The notes under the pieces: model-generated
Told to the model about the DNA's origin: nothing
Database searches by the model: none
Seen by the model: the letters and a program-made list of their open reading frames with translations, nothing else
NCBI GenBank assembly: GCA_036149055.1
Contig: JAYZQJ010000106.1
Coordinates: 1-43,338 of the forward strand
DNA: 43,338 nucleotides
Source of the DNA: Myxococcota bacterium
GTDB taxonomy: Bacteria > Myxococcota_A > Polyangia > Polyangiales > Sandaracinaceae
Direction: 5' to 3'
Part shown: piece after piece, positions 25,599 through 34,629 of the stretch
Numbering within the stretch: the stretch's first letter is position 1
Layout of the letters: the number at the start of each line of letters is the position of its first letter
Position numbers and translations under genes: made by a program

Positions 25599-25932
25599 GC
25601 TTCGCCACCAGCTCCGAGAGCGGCGGCGCCTCCGGCACCTCGGGCAGCGCGTCCGGGTCGAGCTCGGCCAGCACCCCGAGCGCGCCCTGCTCGCCCGCGC
25701 CGACGAGCAGCACCCGGCCCGCGACCTCGACGAGGTAGAGCGACCGTCGCCCGTCGAGCGGCACCCGCTCGAGCACCTTCACGCGGCGGCCGCCCAGCGC
25801 GAGGCCCCGACCGCGGCTCCACTTCAGGACCACCCAGGCGAGGATGCAGACCGCGGCGAGCGCGAGCAGCGTCTGGAGCAGCGCCACCCCGTAGCCGCCG
25901 GGGACGCCCCCCGCCTGGAGGAGCGGGAGCAC
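25585..25932 (-). CDS. fliO: FliO-like export-gate assembly protein
   Basis: One TM helix, then VKVLERVPLDGRRSLYLVEVAGRVLLVGAGE; start overlaps the upstream stop (TAGTG). Confidence 0.8.
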   Translation of the reverse strand: MLPLLQAGGVPGGYGVALLQTLLALAAVCILAWVVLKWSRGRGLALGGRRVKVLERVPLDGRRSLYLVEVAGRVLLVGAGEQGALGVLAELDPDALPEVPEAPPLSELVAKLRRK

Positions 25933-26855
25933 TAGTAGCGCGGGACTTCGGGGTCGACGTGCAGCGACCAGGCGTCGATGCCGCCCTGGAGGTTGTGCAC
26001 GTCCTCGAAGCCCATCGTGAGCAGGTGCGAGGCCGCCTGCTGGCTGCGCATCCCGTGATGGCAGTACGTGACGATGGTCTGCTTCTTGTCGAGGTCGGCG
26101 ATCTTGCCCCGCATGTCCTCGTCCATCATCACCGAGGGCTCGATCTTGGCGGTCGCGCGCTCCTCCACCGTCCGGCAGTCGAGCAGGAGGTGCGGCTTGC
26201 CCTCCTCGATCCAGCTCTGCAGCTCGCCGACCGTGAGCTGGTTGACCATCGGGGGCACGTTGGGGTTGTCGACCTTGAAGCCGGCCTGGCCGCCCTTCTC
26301 GATGAAGTCGATCGAGACGCCGTCGGCGCGCCGCGCGGTGCTGCGCGTCATCACCAGGTCCAGCTCACCCATGTCGAGCACGACGTCGCCCTCGCGCTGC
26401 TGATCGAGGTCGAGGAGCGGCTCCCAGTTGCTGCCGATGGTCAGCCGCACGACCGGCTCCTCGGTGTCGCCCTCGGCGTCCCAGAAGCGCAGGAACGCGT
26501 TCTCCGCCGACTTCGACATCGTGATCTCGGGCGTGGACAGCTCGATGCGCTGGGTGCCGAGCACCTGCGCGAGCTCTCCGCTCTTGGTCATCTCGTGCAC
26601 GATGTCGGAGCCGCCGATGAACTTCCCGTGCACGTAGAGCTGCGGGATCGTCGGCCAGTTGCTGAAGGTCTTCACGCCCTCGCGCATCGTGGGGTCGGCG
26701 AGCACGTCGATGGTCGCGTACTCGTCGAGGAACTCGTCGAGGATGTCGCACACGCGCGCGGAGAAGCCGCACTGCGGGGCGCGCCGGGTGCCCTTCATGA
26801 ACAGCACGACCTCGTGCTCCTCGACCAACCGCTGAATTCGCTCCTCGACGCTCAT
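25932..26855 (-). CDS. grxD: Monothiol glutaredoxin Grx4 fused to a Cys-less HesB/IscA-like domain and a rhodanese domain
   Basis: LFMKG...PQCGFS, WPTIPQLY, GGSDI; middle IDF...GFKVDNPN; C-terminal CHHGMRS and LQGGIDAW. Confidence 0.88.
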   Translation of the reverse strand: MSVEERIQRLVEEHEVVLFMKGTRRAPQCGFSARVCDILDEFLDEYATIDVLADPTMREGVKTFSNWPTIPQLYVHGKFIGGSDIVHEMTKSGELAQVLGTQRIELSTPEITMSKSAENAFLRFWDAEGDTEEPVVRLTIGSNWEPLLDLDQQREGDVVLDMGELDLVMTRSTARRADGVSIDFIEKGGQAGFKVDNPNVPPMVNQLTVGELQSWIEEGKPHLLLDCRTVEERATAKIEPSVMMDEDMRGKIADLDKKQTIVTYCHHGMRSQQAASHLLTMGFEDVHNLQGGIDAWSLHVDPEVPRY

Positions 26856-26983
26856 GCCGGACAAGAAACCACGGGCCGATCCCGGTGGCAATACATCACC
26901 GGTGATCCATCCCGCCGTTGATGGAAGGGCGGGGGCCGTGATATTCGAGAGGCGAGGCAAGACGCCTCGGGGGGGGAGCTCGG

Positions 26984-27820
26984 ATGCGGAGCGTCGCGCT
27001 GGCGATCGCCATGGCATTCGCCACAGGCACGGGCCTGTCGGGGGCGGCGTACGCCCAGACCGACGAGTCGGCCGGGCGTCGGGCCTTCCGGCTCGGCCAG
27101 GCGCATTACGAGAACGGCGAGTTCGCGGAGGCGGCGGCCCAGTTCGAGGAGGCGTACCGGCTCTCCGGCCGCGCGCGTCTGCTCTACAACGCCTACCTCG
27201 CCTACCGGGACATGCAGGACCTGCCGAATTCGGCCCGGACCCTGCGACGGTTCCTCCAGGAGGGGACGGATCTCTCGGCGAGCGAGCGCGACCAGCTGCA
27301 GGCGCGCCTCGAGGCCATCGAGCGGGTGATGGCGGAGAGCGCCTCGGAGCCCTCCGAGCCGCAGCCTACGACGCAGCCGCAGACGGAAACGCAGCCGGTG
27401 GCGACGACGGCGCAGACGCCGCCGGTGGCGACCCCGACCGCGGGCGTCGAGCCGGCGCCGGTGCGAGACGGCGGCGGCGGCTTCTCGCCCTCCCCCGTCG
27501 GCTTCATCGTCGGCGGCGCGGGCGTGGCCCTCGTCGTCGGCGCGATCGTCACCGGCGTCATGTCGAGCGGCGACCTCTCGACGCTGGAGGAGCGCTGCCC
27601 GATGGACCGGTGCCCCGACGACCCGGAGCTCCGCGACGCCCAGAGCCGCGGCGCGACGCTCGCCACCGTCACCGACGTGCTCTGGATCACCGGCGCGGTC
27701 GCGATCGCGGCCGGGGTGACCCTGGTGTTCGTGCTGCAGGACGACTCCGGCTCCGAGGCGAGCGCCGGCATGGCGTGCACGCCCGACGGCTGCTTCGGCA
27801 GCGTGCGAGGGACCTTCTGA
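26984..27820 (+). CDS. Secreted TPR protein with C-terminal hydrophobic hairpin and terminal Phe
   Basis: Signal peptide AYA; FRLGQAHYENGEFAEAAAQFEEAYRLS TPR; Pro/Thr linker; two hydrophobic helices; ends SVRGTF. Confidence 0.85.
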   Translation: MRSVALAIAMAFATGTGLSGAAYAQTDESAGRRAFRLGQAHYENGEFAEAAAQFEEAYRLSGRARLLYNAYLAYRDMQDLPNSARTLRRFLQEGTDLSASERDQLQARLEAIERVMAESASEPSEPQPTTQPQTETQPVATTAQTPPVATPTAGVEPAPVRDGGGGFSPSPVGFIVGGAGVALVVGAIVTGVMSSGDLSTLEERCPMDRCPDDPELRDAQSRGATLATVTDVLWITGAVAIAAGVTLVFVLQDDSGSEASAGMACTPDGCFGSVRGTF

Positions 27821-28200
27821 TGCGCCGTCTTCGACCCACGCTGCTCGCCGCGCTCGTCGCCGTCTCCCTCGGCGGCTGCTCGGCGGTGAACGACTTCGGT
27901 CGGTTCATGTTCGGCGACGAAGCCGACGCCGGCCTGCCCGACGGCGCGGTGGGCGACGCGGGCGTGGACTCGGGCGTCGACGCGGGCGCCGACGCGGGCG
28001 CCGACGGTGGCGCAGACGACGACGCGGGCACGGACGGTGGGGTCACGCCCCGCGGTCCGTCGGCGATCGTGCAGACGGCGGGCGGCGCGGTGATCCGCAC
28101 GCCCGAGTGGGGACTTCGCGTGACGATCGGCGCGCCGCAGCCCATGGGCGCGGCGTCGAACGGCTCGCACCGGCTCCGGGTGGGGCCGCAGGCTCGGTAG
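27820..28200 (+). CDS. Small lipoprotein with DAG-rich linker and C-terminal beta-rich motif
   Basis: TGATG coupling; lipobox LGGC; DAG repeats; GGAVIRTPEWGLRVTIGAPQPMG...HRLRVG. Confidence 0.75.
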   Translation: MRRLRPTLLAALVAVSLGGCSAVNDFGRFMFGDEADAGLPDGAVGDAGVDSGVDAGADAGADGGADDDAGTDGGVTPRGPSAIVQTAGGAVIRTPEWGLRVTIGAPQPMGAASNGSHRLRVGPQAR

Positions 28201-28212
28201 GAGGGGACGAGG

Positions 28213-29469
28213 ATGCAGCGCACGCTTCTCATCATCGCGATCGGAGCGCTCTCGGCGAGCCCGGCGCTCGCGCAGGCGCCGACCGTGCTGCCCATGCAGG
28301 GCTTCTTGACCGACGGCGACGGGACCCCGATCGATGGGGGCACCTCGCTGGAGATCAACCTGTACGACGGCGACGTGAGCGCGACCGTGCTCTACGGCGA
28401 GAGCCAGACGGTGATGGTCGACCAGGGCCACTTCACCGCCTACGTCGGCGACGGCACCCCGAGCGCGGGCCCGCTCGATCTCGCGATCTTCCGCGACAAC
28501 GCGGACGTGTGGGTCGGCATCACCATCGACGGCGGCACCGAGCTGCCGCGCTTCCAGCTCGGCAGCGTCCCCTACGCCGGCCTGGCGCAGTACGCGGCCA
28601 ACGCCCAGCAGCTGATGGGCATGCCGGCCACCGACTTCCAGGCGCGCGTCACCGGGACGTGCGGGGCGGGCGAGGCGATCACCGCCATCGCCGGAGACGG
28701 CACCGTCACCTGCTCGCCCACCGGAGACATCACCGAGGTCGTCGCCGGGGCCGGCCTCGCGGGCGGCGGCGCGGCGGGCTCGGTCACCCTGAACGTGAAC
28801 CCGACCCAGGTGCAGACCCGCGTCTCCGGCACCTGCCCGGCCGGCGAGGCCATCGTGCGCATCAACATGGACGGCACCGTCACCTGCGCCGCGACCGGTG
28901 ACATCCTCGGCGTCGTCGCCGGCACCGGCCTCTCGGGAGGCGGCGCCTCCGGCACGGTCACCCTGAACATCGCCGACGACGGCGTGCGGGCCGCCCAGAT
29001 CGCGACCGACGCCGTCGGCGCCTCCGAGATCGCGGCGAACGCGGTGGGGACGTCGGAGATCGCCCCCGACGCGGTGGTGACCGGGTCGATCGCCGACCAG
29101 GCCGTGCAGGAGTCCGATCTGAACCTCGACTCCGTGGGGACGGTGAGCAGCACGACGGATTTCACCGTGATGAGCCGGTTCATCAGCGCTGGGGCGATCA
29201 ACGGGGTGACCAGCGGTCGCGTGATGATCGTGACGGGAGGTAGCTCGGGTCGTGGCGGCCCTGCGGGTGGCGGGGGAACGGCCACCGTGCTCTGCGGCAG
29301 CACCACCGTGGAGACGATCACCCTGTCCGGCGGGGGCTTCCGTCCATGGACGTACATCACCCCATCGTTCACGCTCTCGTCGTGCTCGGGGCTGGACGTC
29401 CAGGTCCGCGCGAGCGCCGCCGCGAGCCCCGTGACGCTCCGTGAGGTGCGCTTCCTCCCGGGGCTGTAG
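28213..29469 (+). CDS. Secreted fibre/adhesin-like protein (tail-fibre-like, MAT-like N-terminal domain)
   Basis: Signal peptide [13 protein letters not shown]...SVPYA N-domain; two ~58-aa repeats containing GDI..VVAG.GL.GGG; five 10-aa IAxxAV-type repeats; C-terminal beta domain. Confidence 0.8.
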   Translation: MQRTLLIIAIGALSASPALAQAPTVLPMQGFLTDGDGTPIDGGTSLEINLYDGDVSATVLYGESQTVMVDQGHFTAYVGDGTPSAGPLDLAIFRDNADVWVGITIDGGTELPRFQLGSVPYAGLAQYAANAQQLMGMPATDFQARVTGTCGAGEAITAIAGDGTVTCSPTGDITEVVAGAGLAGGGAAGSVTLNVNPTQVQTRVSGTCPAGEAIVRINMDGTVTCAATGDILGVVAGTGLSGGGASGTVTLNIADDGVRAAQIATDAVGASEIAANAVGTSEIAPDAVVTGSIADQAVQESDLNLDSVGTVSSTTDFTVMSRFISAGAINGVTSGRVMIVTGGSSGRGGPAGGGGTATVLCGSTTVETITLSGGGFRPWTYITPSFTLSSCSGLDVQVRASAAASPVTLREVRFLPGL

Positions 29470-29477
29470 CAGCGCGC

Positions 29478-29993
29478 GTGAAGCACCTCCCCGCCGTCTG
29501 CATCATCGGTCTCCTGATCGTCTCGGTCGCCGGCGCCGCGGCGTACGTCGACCTGAGTCGCCGACTCGACGCGCTCGCCGCCCAGCCGCGCGCTTCGGGC
29601 GCGGAGCCCGGCCTCGACGAGCGGGCGCGTCCACCTGCGGCAGCGAGGGAACAGGCGGCCCAGCGTGAAGGGCTGTGGGACTGCGACGGGTCGATCGACG
29701 GCGCCGCGCTCACGCGAGTGGTCGGGACGCACGGCCGGTCCGTGTTCGAGTGCCGTGATCGCGCCCAGAGAGAGGGAGGGCCGGTGGCCGGCCTGCTCGA
29801 CGTGCACCTCCGCGTCGCTCCCGACGGCCACGTCGCGGCAGCTCGGCTGGGCGGCACCATCACTCACCCGGAGCTCACCCGTTGCGTGGCGAACGCCGCG
29901 CTCCGCTGGACGTTCGAGCCCGTCGAGGCGAGGGAGTGCGCCGAAGTGGTCATCCCCTTCGCCTTCGCCCCGGACGTCGAGCCCGCGCCTTAG
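29478..29993 (+). CDS. AgmX/PglI-type C-terminal domain membrane protein
   Basis: N-terminal TM helix; VFEC...G.LDVHLRVAPDGHV...ELTRCVANAALRWTF...VIPFAF. Confidence 0.75.
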   Translation: MKHLPAVCIIGLLIVSVAGAAAYVDLSRRLDALAAQPRASGAEPGLDERARPPAAAREQAAQREGLWDCDGSIDGAALTRVVGTHGRSVFECRDRAQREGGPVAGLLDVHLRVAPDGHVAAARLGGTITHPELTRCVANAALRWTFEPVEARECAEVVIPFAFAPDVEPAP

Positions 29994-30033
29994 CCCGCGC
30001 TCGAGTCGAGAGCCGCGGTCACGAGAGCCGCGG

Positions 30034-32220
30034 TCACTCCGCGGCGTCGACGACCGCGGGCGCCTCTTCGAAGTCGATGGCGCGCTCGAGGAGCTGCGCG
30101 ATGTCGAGCTGCGAGACGTCCTCGCGCTCCTCGCCGGCGATGCCGTCGGTGAGCATGGTCATGCAGAAGGGGCAGGCGCTGGCGATGGTGTCGGCGCCGG
30201 TGTCGAGGAGCTGGAGCGTGCGCTTGGTGTTCACGCGCTGCTCGCCCGGCTCCTCCTCCTTCCACATCTGCGCGCCGCCGGCGCCGCAGCAGAGGCCCTT
30301 CGACTTGTTCCAGTACTCGGGCTCGACGAGCTTCACGCCGGGGATGCTCTCGATCACCTCGCGCGGGCTGTCGTAGATCGAGTTGTAGCGGCCGAGGTAG
30401 CAGCTGTCGTGGTAGGCGACGGTCGCGTCGACGCGCTTGGTCGGCGTGAGCTTGCCGGCCGCGATGAGCCCGTTGAGGAAGTCCGTGTGGTGGACCACGT
30501 CGTACTGGCCGCCGAAGCTCGGGTACTCGTTGGCCAGCGTGTTGAAGCAGTGGGGGCAGGCGGTGATCACCGTCTTGCCGGCCGCGCCGTAGCCGTTGAG
30601 CGTCTCGACGTTCTGCTCGGCGAGCATCTGGAAGAGGTACTCGTTACCCGCCCGCCGCGCCGGATCCCCGGTGCAGGTGGCCTCGGCGCCGAGGATGGCG
30701 AAGTCCACGCCGGCGTGGTGCAGCAGCTTGGCCACCGCGCGCGCCGTCTTCTTGGCCGAGTCGTCGTAGTTCGCCGCGCAGCCGACCCAGTAGAGGACCT
30801 CCGCGTCGGGCTTGTCGGCGACGAGCGGCACGTCGAACGGGACGCCGCCCGCCTCGAGGCCGTCGGCCCAGTTGCCGCGATCCATCGCCGGGAGGTTCCA
30901 CGGGTTCCCGTTGACCTCGATGCCCTGGAACATCTTCTGGAGGTCGTGCGGGAACTCGTTCTTGATCATCATCTCCGCGCGACGCATCTCGACGATCTTG
31001 TCGACGTAGGAGATGTTGACCGGGCACATCTCCTCGCAGGCGCGGCAGGTCGTGCAGGCCCAGATCACCTCGGGGTGGATGACGTCGCCGATGAGGTCGA
31101 CCGGCGAGAGCACGCGGTTGTAACCCTCGGGCGGATCGCCGTGCACGAAGAGGTTCTGGCTGTCCGGGATGACGTCCGGCCGCTCGATGCCGCCCGTGCC
31201 GAGGTAGTGCGGCTCGAGGTCGTACATGTGGTCGCGGATCGCGAGCGTGTAGTGCTTGGGGCTGAGCTTCTTGCCCGTCGTGTAGGCGGGGCAGTTGTCG
31301 CTGCAGCGGCCGCACTCGGTGCACGTGTAGAGGTCGAGGACGTGCTTCCAGGTCAGGTGCTCGGGGCGAGTGACGCCGATGGGCTCGTCGTTCTCGATCT
31401 TGCCCTCGATGTCGGCGACGTCCGGCAGCTTGCCCTTGGGCTCGAGGTTCCCCGCGAAGATGTTCGGGAGGACCGTGATGATGTGGAAGTGCTTCGAGTA
31501 GGGCAGCAGGTTCAGGAACGCGAGGACCCAGGCCGCGTGCCACCAGAAGCCGGCGTGCTCGAGGAAGACGACCAGGCCGAGATCGAGGCCGGCGAACATC
31601 ATCGCGAACACCGAGCCGAACGGCTCGTACCAGACCCAGCTCGGGGCCACGCCGGCCGCCCGCGCCTCGCGCGCCAGATCGCCGCCGACGTAGATGTAGT
31701 CGGCGAGCATCATCGTGATGATGATGCCGAGGATGATCAGGCCCTCGGCGCCGAAGCTCATGCGGCGGGGCTTGGGGCCCACGCGCAGGTAGACGAAGTA
31801 CGCGGCGCCCGCGATCGCCGCGAAGGCCGACAGCTCCTTGGCGAAGGAGTACAGGACCGCGAGGGCGTCCCAGACCGGGCGCCCGCCGGTGATGCCGGCC
31901 GCCCAGGCGAAGAGGTCGAAGTCGGCGTCGAAGCCGCGGATCCAGAGGATGACGCTGTTGAGCAGCAGCACCTGGAAGGCGACGAAGATGCCGATGTGCG
32001 CGATCCCGGCCAGCCGGTAGCGCTCGTTGTTCGGCATCTTCTTCTGGCCGAGGGCGTAGACGAGCACGAGGCGGATGCGCTCGTTCAGCTCCTTCAACGA
32101 CTTCAGGGAGAACCTCGGCTCCTCCTGGGCGACGCGCATCAGGCGCCACCGCCGCACCGCCGACCAGGCGAAGAGGCCAAGGAAGACGACGAAGACGAGG
32201 GTCATCGCGATCGGGCTCAT
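30034..32220 (-). CDS. Membrane Fe-S oxidoreductase (FadF/heterodisulfide-reductase-related, CCG domains)
   Basis: TM N-terminus with YSKHFH; CTECGRCSDNCP and CTTCRACEEMCP; YHDSCYLGRYN and CCGAGGA. Confidence 0.9.
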   Translation of the reverse strand: MSPIAMTLVFVVFLGLFAWSAVRRWRLMRVAQEEPRFSLKSLKELNERIRLVLVYALGQKKMPNNERYRLAGIAHIGIFVAFQVLLLNSVILWIRGFDADFDLFAWAAGITGGRPVWDALAVLYSFAKELSAFAAIAGAAYFVYLRVGPKPRRMSFGAEGLIILGIIITMMLADYIYVGGDLAREARAAGVAPSWVWYEPFGSVFAMMFAGLDLGLVVFLEHAGFWWHAAWVLAFLNLLPYSKHFHIITVLPNIFAGNLEPKGKLPDVADIEGKIENDEPIGVTRPEHLTWKHVLDLYTCTECGRCSDNCPAYTTGKKLSPKHYTLAIRDHMYDLEPHYLGTGGIERPDVIPDSQNLFVHGDPPEGYNRVLSPVDLIGDVIHPEVIWACTTCRACEEMCPVNISYVDKIVEMRRAEMMIKNEFPHDLQKMFQGIEVNGNPWNLPAMDRGNWADGLEAGGVPFDVPLVADKPDAEVLYWVGCAANYDDSAKKTARAVAKLLHHAGVDFAILGAEATCTGDPARRAGNEYLFQMLAEQNVETLNGYGAAGKTVITACPHCFNTLANEYPSFGGQYDVVHHTDFLNGLIAAGKLTPTKRVDATVAYHDSCYLGRYNSIYDSPREVIESIPGVKLVEPEYWNKSKGLCCGAGGAQMWKEEEPGEQRVNTKRTLQLLDTGADTIASACPFCMTMLTDGIAGEEREDVSQLDIAQLLERAIDFEEAPAVVDAAE

Positions 32221-32378
32221 GGACCTGCTCCTCGAGGACCCCACCCCGGGGACCGGGTCATGGGGTCATCCCGCGGCCCGGTCGATGCCGCACCGCGTCA
32301 ATACCAAGGACCCGCTCCGCTTAGCGTGCGGGGCGGGCCCTGTCCAACGTAGGCACGCGTGAGCGTGCGCCTTCGTTA

Positions 32379-32930
32379 CTACTTCGGAAGCTTCGCGTCG
32401 AAGAACGCGCGGAGCTTGATGAGGTTCTTCTCCTCGCGGGCGAAGGCCGGGGCCTCGTAGCCGCCGGCGAAGCCCCGCACGTCGCTGAGGAGCGCGTCTC
32501 GGACCTCACCGTCCTCGAGGATGTCGTTGACCGAGCGGCCGCGGGCCGCGCCCCGCCGGAGGCCCTTCACGTAGGCCTCGAGCCGGTCGTAGTCGGCTTC
32601 GAGGAAGTCCTTGATGGTGTCGCAGTCGTTGGCCAGATCGCCGAGGACGCGCAGCTTCTCTCCGTCGACCCCGTCGGCGTCGCCGCGGGCGGCCAGATCG
32701 GCGGCGACCCGCAGGACGAAGGCGTCGTCGAGGTAGCCGATGTCGTCGATCCCGTCGGGGATGAGGTCGAGGGACTTGAACAGGTAGTTCAGCCCGCCGG
32801 CGACCGCCTCCTTCGCCTCCTGCCCGAGGCCGTCCTCGGACAGCAGCTGGGAGAGCTTCTCGGCGTCGTCGCCGAGGCTGCGGAGCCAGCCAGGGAAGGT
32901 GTCGAGGTACTTGGCTTGGTTTTCGCTCAT
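32379..32930 (-). CDS. DUF1232/YkvA family protein
   Basis: LNYLFKSLDLIPDGIDDIGYLDDAFVL. Confidence 0.85.
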   Translation of the reverse strand: MSENQAKYLDTFPGWLRSLGDDAEKLSQLLSEDGLGQEAKEAVAGGLNYLFKSLDLIPDGIDDIGYLDDAFVLRVAADLAARGDADGVDGEKLRVLGDLANDCDTIKDFLEADYDRLEAYVKGLRRGAARGRSVNDILEDGEVRDALLSDVRGFAGGYEAPAFAREEKNLIKLRAFFDAKLPK

Positions 32931-33041
32931 CGTGGTCTCCGAGGCCCGCCTGTCGGGCGAGTCGCGGCATCCTATCCGAAGGCCGCCGCGCGGTTCAACG
33001 GGTGGATGAAATGCGTGGCTCGGCGGGCTATCGTCCGCCGC

Positions 33042-34103
33042 ATGTCAGCCAGATGGTTCCTGGTGCCCCTGCTCCTCCTGCTCGCCGCGCCGGCCGCGGC
33101 GCAGGACGTGGGGGCGAGCGCGCAGGTGGAGGCGGAGGTCGGCGTCGAGGTCGGCGGCGCCGAGGCCGAGGCCGGCGTCGAGGCGGAGGCCACCACCGAG
33201 GCCGAGGCCGAGCCGCCGAGCCCCCGCGCCAGCCGCCCCGCGCCGCCGCCGATCATGGTGGTCGTGCTGCCCGGCCGCCGGGTGCCCGAGGCGGTGAGCG
33301 CCGCCGCGTCGGCCTCGCTGGTCACCCAGCTCGAGGCGATGAGCGGTGGCCGCCCGGTGCTGGCGGTCGGAGCCCAGGCCCAGGCCCTGATCGACGCGAT
33401 CGCCGCCTGCGAGGAGGACGCCTGCGTCGGCGCCCAGCTCGGCGAGGCGGGCGCGCAGGCCGGCGCCCTGCTCCGGCTCGAGCGCAGCCGCCGCGGGGTG
33501 ACCGCCACCCTCGAGCTGCGCGACCCGGTGAGCGGCGCGCTCCGCCACGAGCCGATCGAAGGCGAGCTGCCGCGCGGCGAGGAGGGGGTCGCCGAAGCCC
33601 TCGCCTCGCTCAGCGTGCAGCTGGAGGGCTCGATGCCGAGCCCGCCGCCGCCGCCGGCCACCCTGCTGGTGACCGTCAACGTCGACGGCGCGGCGGTGGA
33701 GCTCGACGGGCAGGCGATCGGCGAGAGCCCGGTGGCCGCGGTCGAGGTGCCCGAGGGCGACCACACCGTCATCGTGCGGGCCGAGGGCTACAACATCGAG
33801 CGACGCTCGACCCGCATCCGACCGGGCGAGCGCGCGCGGCTCGACGTCACCCTGACCGAGGTCGGGGCCGTCTCGCAGCTCACCGGCGAGGCGCCGGATC
33901 CGGACAACCCCTGGGCCCAGCCCGCCGAGGGTGAGGGCGAGCTCACCGACCAGTGGTGGTTCTGGACCGCGATCGGCGGCGGGGCCGCGCTCGTCATCGG
34001 CGCCGTCATCATCATCGCGGTGGTCGCGTCCGATCAGGGCCCGCCGCCGATGCCGCCGGACCCGACCGGCATCATGCTTCCGCCGATCATGGGAGGGTTC
34101 TGA
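33042..34103 (+). CDS. PEGA-domain secreted protein
   Basis: Signal peptide AAA; LLVTVNVDGAAVELDG..IGESP...GDHTVIVRAEGY; WWFWTAIGG + TM helix; terminal GGF. Confidence 0.85.
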   Translation: MSARWFLVPLLLLLAAPAAAQDVGASAQVEAEVGVEVGGAEAEAGVEAEATTEAEAEPPSPRASRPAPPPIMVVVLPGRRVPEAVSAAASASLVTQLEAMSGGRPVLAVGAQAQALIDAIAACEEDACVGAQLGEAGAQAGALLRLERSRRGVTATLELRDPVSGALRHEPIEGELPRGEEGVAEALASLSVQLEGSMPSPPPPPATLLVTVNVDGAAVELDGQAIGESPVAAVEVPEGDHTVIVRAEGYNIERRSTRIRPGERARLDVTLTEVGAVSQLTGEAPDPDNPWAQPAEGEGELTDQWWFWTAIGGGAALVIGAVIIIAVVASDQGPPPMPPDPTGIMLPPIMGGF

Positions 34104-34606
34104 TGCGCCGCGTGTTGATCGCCCTGGTCACCCTCGGGGCCTCGCTCCTCGCCAGCTGTGGCGGGGAGGAGCCGCCGCCGGAGGGCTTCCACCTCCTGCT
34201 CCGCTTCACGTCGAGCGACCCGACGGTCTACGAGCGCGTCATCGTGCGCCTCGACCCGCCGGGCAACGACCAGCGCTTCATGGGCATCGAGCCGATGAGC
34301 TACGCCGACGGCAACATCGAGCTCTCGGTCGACGCCGACGGGGTCGCGATCTTCTCGATCGCCGGGCCCTACGTCGCGATGTTCGCCGAGCAGGAGGAGC
34401 CGCTCACCCACGTCTTCGACCTCGAGGTCTGGACCACCGAGGACCAGATGATGCGGAGCCGCCCGCCCTTCGTGACCGTCAACGTCGAGCGCTCCGGCGA
34501 GGTCATCGCGATGGGTGACTCCTTCCTCCCCCAGTGGCCGCTCCAGCTCGGCGGCGAGGTCACGATCCAGGTGCCGTGTCGCGAGCCCTCGCTCTGCACG
34601 CCTTGA
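34103..34606 (+). CDS. Lipoprotein, unknown function
   Basis: TGATG coupling; lipobox LASC; beta-rich body. Confidence 0.75.
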   Translation: MRRVLIALVTLGASLLASCGGEEPPPEGFHLLLRFTSSDPTVYERVIVRLDPPGNDQRFMGIEPMSYADGNIELSVDADGVAIFSIAGPYVAMFAEQEEPLTHVFDLEVWTTEDQMMRSRPPFVTVNVERSGEVIAMGDSFLPQWPLQLGGEVTIQVPCREPSLCTP

Positions 34607-34629
34607 GCGGCTCCGTGCGCGGCCCGAGC

